This document shows, piece by piece, positions 11,524 through 23,089 of a stretch of 64,000 nucleotides of DNA; the first letter of the stretch is position 1, and every line of letters starts with the position of its first letter. Origin of the DNA: Podarcis muralis (lineage: Eukaryota); assembly GCF_964188315.1 (NCBI RefSeq), contig NC_135662.1, positions 7,564,001-7,628,000 on the forward strand, written 5' to 3'. A model generated the notes under the pieces. That model ran no database searches. It saw only the letters and a list, made by a program, of their open reading frames with translations, and was not told the DNA's origin. A program made the translations under genes and the position numbers.

Positions 11524-12492
11524 TCATAACTGAGTTTCCAAAGAGATCTCCCCTACCTCTGCAGGGTTTTCCTCCTCTTTGAAAACATTCTGGAATGTGG
11601 CTTTCATGCTCTGCCTACACCTGCCTCTTTTCTGTCTTCCAACCAGGAAATAAATCAAAGGGTTAATACAGCTATCCAGATAGGCAAGTATGAAGGCATA
11701 TTCTAAGAAAGAAGGAGGTTCTGAATCAAAAACATAAACAGTGATGAAAATGGTATTGAGTGGAAATGAGAAAATGATGAAGAAGAAGAGAGCAAGCAGG
11801 ACCATAATTAGAAGTTTTCCCCTCCTCCTCTGGTGTGATTTAAAGCAAACCCTGATAAAAAGGATCAGAGTGGCGATAGTCATGAGTGGGAGGCAAAGGA
11901 AGCCATTCACAATAAGATGAATGCCCAGTATGTTATAAACATTGAAATCAGCCAGAAGGAGAGTGAAGTGAATTGCAGGGAAAATAGAAGAAAGTCCCCA
12001 TATTGAAGCACAAACAGCGGTGGACATATTTGGTGGCCGGTGGCATCGATGCCAAAGTGGGAAAAGGACAGCCACACACCTATCAATGCTGATGGCTGTC
12101 AGCAGAAATTGACCTGTGCTGTAGAATAGGAACATGAGAATAAGAATGTATACTAGAAGGTGTTTGAGGACAGATACTTCAAACAGGGACCATATATACG
12201 AACTAAGATTAACTGTGAGTAAACCAAAGTCAGCTATGGAGAGGTGCAGGATGTAAGTAGTGGAAGGAGTCCTCTTAATGCAGAAGCCAAGCAGCCAGAT
12301 GACAGTCCCATTCCACCAAAGTCCCAAAATGCTGATTAAAAAGCAAATATATAGATACATATACTCTCCTAATGTCAATCCTGAATTATTATTAGTGAAG
12401 CTATTGTTAGAGAGAACAGTTCCATTGTCCATTCCGTAATATTCCTCTCCAGCATTCATTGGGGACAGTGATGGGAGGCTGTAATTGATCAT
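11524..12492 (-). CDS. MAS-related GPCR paralog 2, intact (322 aa)
   Basis: Uninterrupted ORF with MRGPR motifs (LLTAISIDRCVAVLFPLWHRCHRP, NPLIYFLVG); acceptor ttcttccagcag| 40 nt before ATG. Confidence 0.92.
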   Translation of the reverse strand: MINYSLPSLSPMNAGEEYYGMDNGTVLSNNSFTNNNSGLTLGEYMYLYICFLISILGLWWNGTVIWLLGFCIKRTPSTTYILHLSIADFGLLTVNLSSYIWSLFEVSVLKHLLVYILILMFLFYSTGQFLLTAISIDRCVAVLFPLWHRCHRPPNMSTAVCASIWGLSSIFPAIHFTLLLADFNVYNILGIHLIVNGFLCLPLMTIATLILFIRVCFKSHQRRRGKLLIMVLLALFFFIIFSFPLNTIFITVYVFDSEPPSFLEYAFILAYLDSCINPLIYFLVGRQKRGRCRQSMKATFQNVFKEEENPAEVGEISLETQL

Positions 12493-12917
12493 CGTGATCA
12501 GTCTTTGCTTTTCTACTTTGTCCGGTGTTTTCCTGCTGGAAGAATTTAGAGAATGGTAGAATTAGTCTTTATTAACGGAAATAAGCAAAGACAAAGCTAA
12601 AGCTTTGGAGATTAGTCTTTCATACTTTGTAGTTATTTTGGAGTGGGTGGTTAAGGTGAAATTACTTGCTTTTTAATTGCCAGATAAAGGGGCCAGTGGG
12701 GCTTGCAGCTACCTGAATATATTTGGGGTTTCAGAGCGTCTCTATGATAGGGTTCCCATATTCACCAAAGTAAAAAATGCTTCCCAGGGCAAGGAACATA
12801 GCTCTGTGGTGCACCATCTGCCTCCTGTGCAGAAGGGTTTCATCCCTGGCATCAACCATTAGGGCAGACCCTTGTCTGAAACCCTTGAGAAGTGCTGTCA
12901 TCCAGAGTCACACAACC

Positions 12918-13226
12918 ATAGAATCTTAGAGTTGGAAGGGACCCAAGGGTTATCTAGTCCAACCCCCTGCAATGCAACAATGTAAAGCAACACTGGGCAA
13001 ATTGGAAAGAGCCAATGTGGCATTGTGATTCCAATTTTGGAGTAAGATCTGGGAGACCAGCGTTCAAATTCCCACACAGACATAAAACTCACTGGATAAC
13101 CTCAAACCAGAGTTCCTCATCCTGACCTATCTCACAGGTTTCTTGTGAGGATAAAAAGAGGAGCAAGACGAACTATGTACACCACCTTGAAAGCCTTGGA
13201 GGAAAGCTGGGCATAAATAAATAAAT
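12918..13226. mobile_element. CR1 3' tail fragment plus old tRNA-type SINE, shared by four duplicated units (also ~18308-18612, 31960-32272, 51537-51845)
   Basis: catagaatcttagagttggaagggaccc CR1 tail; gagccaatgtggc...ctatctcacaggtt..gtgaggataaa...taaataaataaat SINE body. Confidence 0.6.
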
Positions 13227-13337
13227 GGACTAAATTTTAGGAGGCAGCTTCCTATACTTTTCTGTTCCTAAAACCTCATACAGAATCTTTCACAGCTGTG
13301 TTATATTTTAATCCCAGGGATTGAAGCTGTGCTTATC

Positions 13338-13373
<36 letters not shown>

Positions 13374-13575
13374 CGGTGCTTAATTCTGCTACACCAATTG
13401 CCAATTACAATGGACAAAATTTTAGGAGGCTGCTTCCTTTACTTTTCTGTTCCTAAAACCTCATACAGAATCTTTCACAGCTGTGTTATCTTTTTACCTT
13501 TTAACCCCAGGGGTTGAAGCTGTGCTTGTCAGTCATTATTATCATCATCGGTGCTTAATTCTGCCACACCAATTA
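13227..13575. repeat. Local ~170-180 bp tandem duplication with (CAT)n tract
   Basis: ggactaaattttaggaggc...gaagctgtgctt occurs at ~13227 and ~13411; single copy in other units. Confidence 0.8.
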
Positions 13576-13629
13576 TGCCCCTTTCTGCTCTTGCAAGTGA
13601 AGGATTTCTAACTTGAGCTTTTTGCTTAC

Positions 13630-13690
13630 CTGTGACTAACGTTGGATCAGATATTGTGATAGAGAGAGAGAGAACCAGAAGTACGTAATC
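13630..13690 (-). other. Upstream (non-coding) exon of paralog 2
   Basis: Donor cacag|gtaagc; ATG position reads ACA; acceptor AG appears mutated (ccagtg vs cctgtg on + strand). Confidence 0.5.
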
Positions 13691-13789
13691 CAGTGCTTAT
13701 GATTAAAGGTGCCATCTTTTTCTTTACTTTTCCAACATTGGTTATTTGTTCCATATATTTTTGCTAGTTTCACTGGTGTTAAATGCCCA

Positions 13790-15270
13790 TCCTTGCTTAT
13801 AAAACCTAGCCGGGAAGGGCTGGGCGATGGGCTTCGCGGTGTGGTGAATGCTTCTGTGAGGGAGCCTTCCCAGACCCACTAAAAGAGACGGTTATCAAAC
13901 ATATTCTTAAAAAAAACATCTTTAGATGTGACCAATATAGCCAACTATCACACAGTCTCAAATCTTCCATTCCATCATGGGACTGAAACTGTCTTGTTTG
14001 CACTGGTCGATGATCTCTGGTAGGCTAGGGACAAAGGTGATAGCTGCTTCCTAGTTCTGCTGGATCTCTCAGCGGCTTTTGACACCATCGACCATAACAT
14101 CCTTCCGGACCGTCTAGAGGAGCTGGAAGCTGGGGGCACTGTCATACAGTGGTTCCACTCCTTCCTCCTGGGCCGTGTTCAGAAAGTGGGGGGGGGATGA
14201 GTGTTCAGATCCCTGGGCTCTCACTTGTGGGGTGTCTCAGGGTTCTGTCCTCTCCCCCATGCTTTTCAACATTTACATGCAGCCGCTGGGAGAGATCATC
14301 AGCGGGTTTGGGCTGGGTGTTCATCAGTATGCGGATGATAGCCAGCTCTACCTCTTTCAAATCAGAACCAACGAAGGCAGTGAAGGTCCTGTGTAAGTGT
14401 CTGGAGGCAGTTAGAGAATGGATGGCAGCTAACAGATTGAGGTTGAATCCTGACAAGACAGAAGTACTGTTTTTGGGGGACAGGAGGTGGGCAGGTGTGG
14501 AGGACTCCCTGGTCCTGAATGGGGTAACTGTGGCCTTGAAGGTGAGCAGCCTGGGAGTCATTCTGGAGTTAAAGCTGTCCATGGAGGCGCAGGTCAATTC
14601 TGTGTCCAGGGAGTAGCAGTTGATCAGCTTGATCTGGTATGCAGGCTGAGACTCTACCTGCTCGTGGACTGTTTCGCCAGAGTTGTGCATGATTTAGTTA
14701 TCTCTTGCTTGGACTACTGCAAAGTGCTCTATGTGGGGCTACCTTTGAAGGTGACCGGGAAACTACAACTAATCCAGAATGTGGCTGCAAGACTGGTGAC
14801 TGGGAGCAGCCACCAAGACCACATAACACCGGTCTTGAAAGACCTACACTGGCTCCCAGTACATTTCGAGCACAATTCAAAGTGTTGGTGCTGACCTTTA
14901 AAGCCCTAAATGGCCTCCGTCGTTACCTGAAGGAGAATCTCCACCCCCATCGTTTTGTCTGGACACCGAGGTCCAGTGCTGAGGGCCTTTTGACGGTTCC
15001 CTCACTACGAGAAGCCAAGTGACAGGGAACCAGGCAGAGGGCCTTCTTGGTAGTGTCACCCACCCTGTGGAATGTCATCCCACCAGATGTCAAAGAGAAA
15101 AACATCTACCAGACTTTTAGAAGACATCTGAAGGCAGCCCTGTTTAAGGAAGCTTTTAATGATTAATAGACTATTGTATTTTAATATTCTGTTGGAAGCC
15201 GCACAGAGTGGCTGCAGAAACTCAGCCAGATGGACGGGGTATAAATAATAAGTTATTTTTATTATTTGTA
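13790..15270 (+). mobile_element. L2 LINE, 5'-truncated, frameshifted RT
   Basis: LLDLSAAFDTIDH, GVSQGSVLSPMLFNIYM, HQYADDSQLY, DYCKVLYVGLP, HITPVLKDLHWLPV motifs; ggggtataaataataag 3' end. Confidence 0.9.
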
Positions 15271-15274
15271 TTAT

Positions 15275-16068
15275 GTCATTACATTTTCTTTGAGCAAACT
15301 GCGCGAAGTAAAATTTATTCCATCTTTCCACAATCTTTCCCAATCTTCTAGCTGTATGTTATGCCCAGTATCTTTTGCGCAATGTATCATTACAGATTTA
15401 GCTTCTTCATCTTTTGTATGCCATTCCAAAAGTAACATACATTTTTGACATCATTTTTACTTTATTACTTAATAAATCCAATTCAAACCTAAATCTTATA
15501 TATTCACATCCTTTTTTGGGGGGGGGGGGTCTTCTTTAAACACTTCATTTGTTTGATGATAATGCAGCCAGTCATTTACCAAGGTTTTTTATTTCATTAT
15601 AAGGTTTAAGTTTCCACTGGTCATCCATCTCCATCACCAAATCTCCATAGGTGGCCCATCCTTCCCCCCATATTTAACTTTTTTTTAATAGTTGTTGCCT
15701 CTAACGGCAACAGCCACCATGGTGTTTTACATTCTATTAAGTCTTAAATCTATTCAACAACTCATATATTGATTTTGAATTATGTGGTTCACAAAACCTT
15801 TATGGACTTTTGCCTTCTCATAACAAAAATATGCATGCTACCCAAATCTCTTATCAAATCCTTCCAGATCTAATAGAGCTGTATTTTTTAACCAACAAAG
15901 GCAAGAAGCTTCGTAATACAATTTCAAATCTGGTAGAGAGAAACCTCCTCTCTCTTTGGTATCTGTAAGTAATTTAAATTTTATTCTTAGTTTCTTTCCT
16001 TGCCAGATACGGTAAATCTTGGAATTACTTTTTGCCACTTTAAAATCACGAACACCATTTATAATCTC
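15275..16068 (-). mobile_element. Degenerate L1 ORF2 fragment, duplicate of 10061-11045
   Basis: RIKFKLLTDTKERGGFSLPDLKLYYEASCLCWLK; co-linear with 10061-11045. Confidence 0.8.
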
Positions 16069-16230
16069 CTATGTCTTCCAACAGGGAAATACATGAAAGG
16101 GTTAACATAGCTGTTCAGGCAGGCACAAAAGTAGTCGTAATATAAGATCTAGGGAGGTTCTGAACTGAAAACAAAAATGCTGTTGTATAAGGCATTCAAA
16201 GTGTTTGCAAAAGTTCCATTCTGCCAGCCA
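16069..16230 (-). pseudogene. MRGPR TM6-TM7 remnant
   Basis: Homologous to 11046-11200 and 49590-49790. Confidence 0.7.
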
Positions 16231-16557
16231 AATCTACTTTCGCACCCCAGCCTACATCTTTCCCCAGCAGCTCCAACTGCAAGCTCAGAGCTCCCTGAAT
16301 ACATTAAATGCTCTTCCCATCAATGGACCCAGGCTTCCTCCATAGTCGTATATTATCTAGATTTATAAAATAATAAGAAGTTCATCAATTCCATCCATGT
16401 GTTCCAGACTGAGATTCTATGCACACTCTGAAATCAATAGCCAGCACTGAGCACAGGTCAACAAGGTTACAGACAGAAATTTGTAAATTGGGAACTAGAT
16501 TGTGTCATCAGAATCACAATGATAAAGACATATTTTGGCAATATTTTTGAGCCATCA

Positions 16558-17529
16558 TCACTGAGTTTCCAAAGAGATCTTGCCTGCCTCTCCAGGGTTT
16601 TCATCCTCTTTGAAAACATTCTGGAATGTGGCTTTCATGCTCTGCCTACACCTGCCACTTTTCTGTCTTCCAACCAGGAAATAAATCAAAGGGTTAACAC
16701 TGCTGTTCACACAGGCAAGTATGGTGGCATATTGTAAGAAAGAAGAAGGTTCTGATTCAAGAACATGAAGAGTGATGAAAAAGGCATTGAGTGGAAAAGA
16801 ACAAACGATACAGAAGAGGAGAGCCAACAAGATGGCTGCTATAAGTTTACCCTGCCTCCTCTGCTGTGATTTAAAGCAGACTGTGATGAAGAGGAGGAGA
16901 GCAGAGATAGTCATGAGTGAAGGACAAAGGAAGCCATTCACAACAAACTGAATGTTAAGGATACCACCAGATTGTAAATTAGCCAGGGAGAGTGTGAGGT
17001 GAATAGCAGGGGAAAGAAAACAAAATACCCATATTAAGGCACAGACAGTGGTGGACATGTTTGGTGGTCGGTGGCATCGATGCCAAAGTGGGAAAAGGAC
17101 AGCCACACACCTGTCAATGCTGATGGCTGTCAACAGAAATTGACCCGTGCTGTACAAGAATATGAAGATAAGAAAAAGAATGTCAACTAGAAGGTGTTTC
17201 TGGCCATATACTTCTAACAGGAACCATACAGCCAAAATAAGAGTAACTGTCAGTAAACCAAAGTCAGCCATGGAAAGGTTCAGGATATAAGTGGTGAAAG
17301 GAGTCCTCTTAATGCAGAAGCCAAGCAGCCAGATGACAGTCCCATTTCCCAAAAGCCCCAAAATGCTGATTAAAAAGCAAAATAAATTAAATATATACTG
17401 TCCTAATGTCAATCCAGAATCATTATCAGTGTAGCTATTGTTAGAAAGAACAGTTCCATTGTCCGTTCCGTAATATTCCTCTCCAGCATTCATTGGGGAC
17501 AGTGATGGGAGGGTGCAATTGATCATCAT
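16558..17529 (-). CDS. MAS-related GPCR paralog 3, intact (~323 aa)
   Basis: Uninterrupted ORF with MRGPR motifs; first ATG at 17529 (track start 17535 is TTG); acceptor ends at 17567. Confidence 0.93.
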   Translation of the reverse strand: MMINCTLPSLSPMNAGEEYYGTDNGTVLSNNSYTDNDSGLTLGQYIFNLFCFLISILGLLGNGTVIWLLGFCIKRTPFTTYILNLSMADFGLLTVTLILAVWFLLEVYGQKHLLVDILFLIFIFLYSTGQFLLTAISIDRCVAVLFPLWHRCHRPPNMSTTVCALIWVFCFLSPAIHLTLSLANLQSGGILNIQFVVNGFLCPSLMTISALLLFITVCFKSQQRRQGKLIAAILLALLFCIVCSFPLNAFFITLHVLESEPSSFLQYATILACVNSSVNPLIYFLVGRQKSGRCRQSMKATFQNVFKEDENPGEAGKISLETQ

Positions 17530-17723
17530 GATCAATCTTTGCTTTTCTACTTTGTCCGTTGTTTTCCTGCTGGAAGAATTTAGAGAACAGTAGAATTAAT
17601 CTTTACTAATGGAAATAAGCAAATAAAAAAGCTAAAGCTTTGGAGATTAGTCTTTCATACTTTGTAGCTATTTTGGAGTGGGTGGTTAAGGTGAAATGAG
17701 TTGCTCTTTAATTGCCAGGTAAA

Positions 17724-18075
17724 GGGACGCGGGAGGTTCTGTGGGTTAAACCACAGAGCCTAGGACTTGCCGATCAGAAGGTCGGCGGTTTGAATCCCCA
17801 CATTGGGGTGAGCTCCCGTTGCTCGATCCCTGCTCCTGTCAACCTAGCAGTTCGAAAGCACATCAAAGTGCAAGTAGATAAATAGGTTTACCTTCCGGCG
17901 GGAAGGTAAATGGCATTTCCGTGTGCTGCTCTGGTTCGCCAGAAGCAGCTTAGTCATGCTGGCCACATGACCCAGAAGGTGTACACTGGTTCCCTCAGCC
18001 TATAGAGTGAGATGAGTGCCGCAACCCCAGAGTTGGTCACGACCGGACCTAATGGTCAGGGGTCCCTTTACCTTT
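17724..18075 (+). mobile_element. Sauria SINE, full length, in the intron of paralog 3
   Basis: gggacgcgg...ggcggtttgaatccc tRNA-like head, gtgcaagtagataaatagg core, (tttacc) tail; absent at the equivalent site of other units; short taaa(ggg) TSD. Confidence 0.9.
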
Positions 18076-18832
18076 TAAAGGGGCCAGTGGGGCATGCAGC
18101 TACCTGAATATATTTGGGGTTTCAGAGAGTCTCTATGATAGGGTTCCCATATTCCCCAAAGTAAAAAATGCTTCCCAGGGCAAGGAACATAGCTCTGTGG
18201 TGCAACATCTGCCTCCTGTGCAGAAGGGTTTCATCCCTGGCATCAACCATTAGGGCAGACCCTTATCTGAAACCCTTGAGAAGTGTTGTCAGCCAGAGTC
18301 ACACAACCATAGAATCTTAGAGTTGGAAGGGACCCAAGGGTCATCTAGTCCAACCCCCTGCAATGCAACAATGTAAAGCAATACTGGGCAAATTGGAAAG
18401 AGCCAGTGTGGCATTGTGATTCCAATTTTGGAGTAAGATCTGGGAGAGCAGCGTTCAAATTCCCACACAGACATCAAACTCACTGCAAAACCTCAAACCA
18501 GAGTTCCTCAGCCTGACCTATCTCACAGGTTTGTTGTGAGGATAAAAAGAGGAGGAAGACAAACCATGTACACCACCTTGAATGCCTTGGAGGTGGGTGT
18601 AAATAAATAAATGGACTAAATTTTTAATAGGCAGCTTCCTATACTTTTCTGTTCCTAAAACCTCATGCAGAATCTTTCACAGCTGTGTTATCTTTTAATC
18701 TTTCAACCCCAGGAATCGAAGCTGTGCTTGTCAATCATCATCATCATCATCATCGGTGCTTAATTCTGCCACACCAATTACTCGTCTTTCTGCTCTTGCA
18801 AGTGAAGAATTTCTAATGAGCTTTTCGCTTAC

Positions 18833-18895
18833 CTGTGACTAATGTTGGATCAGATATTGTGATAGAAAGAGAGAGAGAACCAGAAGTAAGTAATC
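18833..18895 (-). other. Upstream (non-coding) exon of paralog 3
   Basis: Acceptor caagcacag|, donor cacag|gtaagc; ACA in place of ATG. Confidence 0.6.
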
Positions 18896-20498
18896 CTGTG
18901 CTTGAAGATTTGCAGACACCAATGCAACTCCCGAGTCTTGAGGAAGCATTCAATGCATTTAAGAGCTCATGACAAGATGTGCTGGATTGTGCCTGCTTGC
19001 CTTCATTTATGCTTAATCAGTTTGCCAGTGTCATGTGACAAGAGAAAAACAATTGTCACTGGGTTGTCAATATAGTCTTTAGAGGATTGTGATCAGGCAC
19101 ACTAACAGCTCCATTTGTAAAATATACAAAAGTGCTTTGAAAGGATCTGTTACACTTCAAAAGCTTGCAAGTAAGTTTTAAGCACTGAGAAGCACTTTGC
19201 TCCCCACGCTGGAGATTTCCAATTCACCCGGGGAAAGAAAGCCCAGCTAATGGGCTAGAAAGAGCAGGATGATGGTTCCAGCAAGAGGACCTCATTTTTT
19301 TCTGGGAAACCTCCTAGAAGGGGATACATACAGCCAATCTACTCCCACTTGTAAGCAGAGAGTTCTGTTTGGATAAAAGTAGGCTGCTTGGAATCTCTCA
19401 AGCCTCTTTGGTCCCAGATGCAAGCTACAAAAATTCTATGCATGGCAGGAGAGAGTGCAGGAAGGTAAGGAAGGCCCTTCTCATGGCAGAATTGGGGTGA
19501 ATGGGAAGGATGAAGGCAGGAAACGGTGCAGCAAGGGTTTGTGAGTACATTTGCTCCTCTGCTTCAGGCAGCAAAATGTCTGGCACCAGCACTAACACTT
19601 CACATCCTTTCTTTTAGTTTTTTCTCCTTCTCTTTGGTGTCCTCAGATATTTCTTTTCCTTCATGCTCCTCCTCAAAGGCAACCTTTATGGTTAAGCTTC
19701 TGGACTCCTTTGTCTTCATCTCTCCTTCAGTTATAATATAGGATCATTTCCTGAACACACAGGAGATTGCTGAAGTATCTAGGCTGAGAAAAAAGAAACC
19801 TGCCCATGACTAATTGGAGCAATAACTAGTGGATATGACCATTTTAACAGGATATGAATTAGCCCTACCCGGCAGAGGCTGAATCTGGAATCATCTGCAT
19901 GCAAACCACTCAGCCTCAGATTTTGGATACAATACTCTATGTATAACTCTCTAACATACCTTGAACTGTGATTTCTATGCAAGGATATGAGAGGTTATTC
20001 TTTTGTTCCATTGCTTTTCCCCATGAAAACCTACTGTTTACTGTTGTTTTGGGCCAAACATCCGAAGGGTATTTGAAGGGACATTCAACCGCCTAGTGTT
20101 AGACCTTAAGCTACTAAGGCTATCAGGCACTGAGATCTCCAGAACTCATTCTTTCCTAGTCTGCCACTTGGGATCCCTATAATTATGTTCATGTCACTGT
20201 GCAAAATGCTTGCTAAATATACAAAAAGTACAAAAACACAGGGAATATTGCAGCCAATGGATACAGTAACATAAGAGCCAAGAGAAGTTTCTTCTAGAAA
20301 GTGGCGAATTCCTGTAGATATTCCCCCACTCCCACATGTCACCCCCTGCTAACTATGCAATATGTTGATTAAAAGGTAGAATCCCAAAGTATATACCAAT
20401 GGCCACTTGGATGACTTTAAAAGTGTACTGAACACATCAATGGATGATCAATTTATATTCTGCCTCCTCTGTGTGATGCAGTATGCCTCTGGTGACCA

Positions 20499-20641
20499 AT
20501 ATGCAATATATACTGTCCTAATGTCAATCCTGAATCGTTATCAGGGTGGCTATTGTTAGAGAGAACAGTTTCATTGAAAGTTCCATAATATTCCTCTCCA
20601 TCATTCAAAGAGGACAGTGATTGGAGGGTGTAATTGATCAT
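20499..20641 (-). pseudogene. 5' fragment of an MRGPR coding exon (first ~45 codons) with its intron remnant to ~20920
   Basis: MINYTLQSLSSLNDGEEYYGTFNETVLSNNSHPDNDSGLTLGQYIL then homology stops. Confidence 0.85.
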
Positions 20642-23089
20642 TGTGATCAATCTTTGCTTTCATACTTCTTCTGGTGTTCTCTGGCTGGAAGAATTTAGAG
20701 AAAGGTAGTAAAGTTAGTCTTTACTAACAGAAATTAGCAAATACAAAGCTAATACTTTTCAGATTAGTCTTTCATGTTTTTGAGTGGGTGGTTAAGGTGA
20801 AATGACTTGCTCTTTAATTGCTAGGTAAAGGGGCCAGTGGGGCTTGCAGCTACCTGAATATATGGGGGGTTTCAGATCTTATCTGTGATACGGTTCCCTT
20901 TTTCCCAAAAGTAAAAATGCAATATTATAAGAAATGTAAGAACCTAGGCAGGTATAGGGTGGTATATAAATTTAAATAATTAATGATGCCATATTATTAT
21001 TTTTCTCACTCCCCTATAATACTAGAACTCAGGGCCACCCAGTGCATCTAAATGCTGGACAATTCAAGAGAGACAAAAGAAAATGCTTCTCTGCACAGCA
21101 GATAGATAAACTGTGGAATCCACTCACAAAGTATATACTAATGGCCAGCAACTTGTTTCCTGCAAATTTCTGTGTGAGATGTTTATTTTCCATTTGTTTT
21201 GTCATTCTTCCTGTTGTAATCCAACATATACAGCATCTCTGCTTCCACTTCTACTTTTTTGTTCTCTTTCTCCTGTTCCCAAAGTCTGCAATTTTTCCTG
21301 CGTCACATCTTTGTGTTGAAAAACAAGCCTTCTTCGGGAGAGACTGGCTCCTCTCCCAGGCTCCCGGCTTGCTTACCGGTGACCTCCCTGGCTGCAACCC
21401 CCGCAAGTCCAGGATAGGTCTCAATAGGCGACATCTCCCAGTGTGGGAAAATGCACACCCCCTCCCTCCTTGCTTCCCAGCAGGAAAAGGAGATTAGGCA
21501 GAAATGTATTTACATCGCTTTATTTCTGACTCTTCAGCACTACATAAAACATGTCCGATCACTTCAGACTCCTTCCAGCAAGTGGCAAATACTTCCTTTA
21601 CATACGCAAGAGGAAGGTCTCAAATTACACTCTGAGCAAATTCCGGTGAATCGCCCTGTAAACTGACTGTAACACTGTTTCCCACAGACAGTCCCATCAT
21701 GTGATGTTTTCAAGCTACCAGTTTGCAGCTGCGTTGCTTTCATATCATAACACTTTGTTTGTCAAAGTCTAACAAAATGTCTGGAGTCCTGCCAAACCCC
21801 CGGGTAAGTCTCCAACTTATCTTTCTCATCCAACACTCAGCCGCTAATGATCAGGCATCCCTCCAGAGCTGTGGTACATCTTCAAAAGCCATAGCCCTAA
21901 TTGCGGTTCAGTGGAAGATTGGTGCTTTAAATCGTACCAATATTCTCACACAGTTCTATTTTTGTAACGATCCATATATATTATCTTATTCTCATTAATT
22001 TTCTTTTGCTTTTTATCAATCCATTAGCACCCAGGGGGAAGTTTTCCAAATAATTAAAGCAGCAAACACCATGTATATAAAGAAAGGGTAAAGGCTCCCC
22101 TCCCCCAACATACTGCAGTTCACTATGAAGAAAATCTTCTCTCCAGGTCGAAATGTTGCTGCTCAGTGGCTGATTCATTTAGCAGATTATCATGTCCTAT
22201 TAGTCCAGTACACATCTGTAAGTTACATCCAATTTCATTCTAAAAAACAGAAGAACCTCTGCCCATAATGGCTGCATCAGATGGTTACCAATAAGCAAAT
22301 TGCTTTGCACTCAGTGCCTCCTGTAATCCATGTCGGGATGAGAGCTAGGTATCAGACAATCTGCAAGTGGAGTTCACCCCCTCCCGAACACTGTGGGGGG
22401 AGGGCTTGCAATGACAATTACCCTCAAATCGTCCTTGTTTATGATCTGTGATCGATCTCCACTAACATGGGAGCTGCCTTCATTATGGCAGAAAGCACCA
22501 GAAGTCTCAGGCTTCACTCATCTGAGACCTCCGGGTATAGGGCAGTATATAAATTCAATAAATAATAATAATACATACATTCAATAAATAATAATCTGCC
22601 GATAAAAAAATGGAAATGGGGTTTACCTCTATGTCTCTCCAGAGATATACAACCTGTAGAAATTAACAAATAGATTTCTAATAAGTTAAACTAATTATAA
22701 TAGAAGCATTGCCACCCACCCCACCTCACTCATGTTTAGCCCTCCACCGCTTCCCCCCTTTTCTTCCTAATGTATCACTAATGTTTCAACAAATGAAATT
22801 TGAAAAATGAGACATTGCACATACTTTTGTAAACCAAGAAATTTTTAATTAAAATATTTTAAGACGAAAAGGAGGAGGAAGAGGGGAGGGGGAGATACTG
22901 AGTTCAGAGTAGAACAAGTACCAAGAAATATAATAAGCATTTTTTTGGGGGGGGGGAATTAACAAGTCATTTTTTAAATTAAAGCCTTTGTGTTACAAAG
23001 CAAACAGATAACAGGGAAAGGTATATCTGTCGTCTCCACTTTCAGTACATAGTATATTTCACAGCTCTATTCTTCTTTGAAGTCATGAG

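Noticed and set aside
12898-13092. 64-aa ORF conserved four times (also 18289, 31942, 51518), a candidate small gene family
   Set aside because: Lies antisense over a CR1 tail and SINE; starts at non-ATG codons; conservation is explained by recent segmental duplication
13329-13517. PolyH ORF
   Set aside because: (CAT)n microsatellite in an intron; length varies among paralogous units
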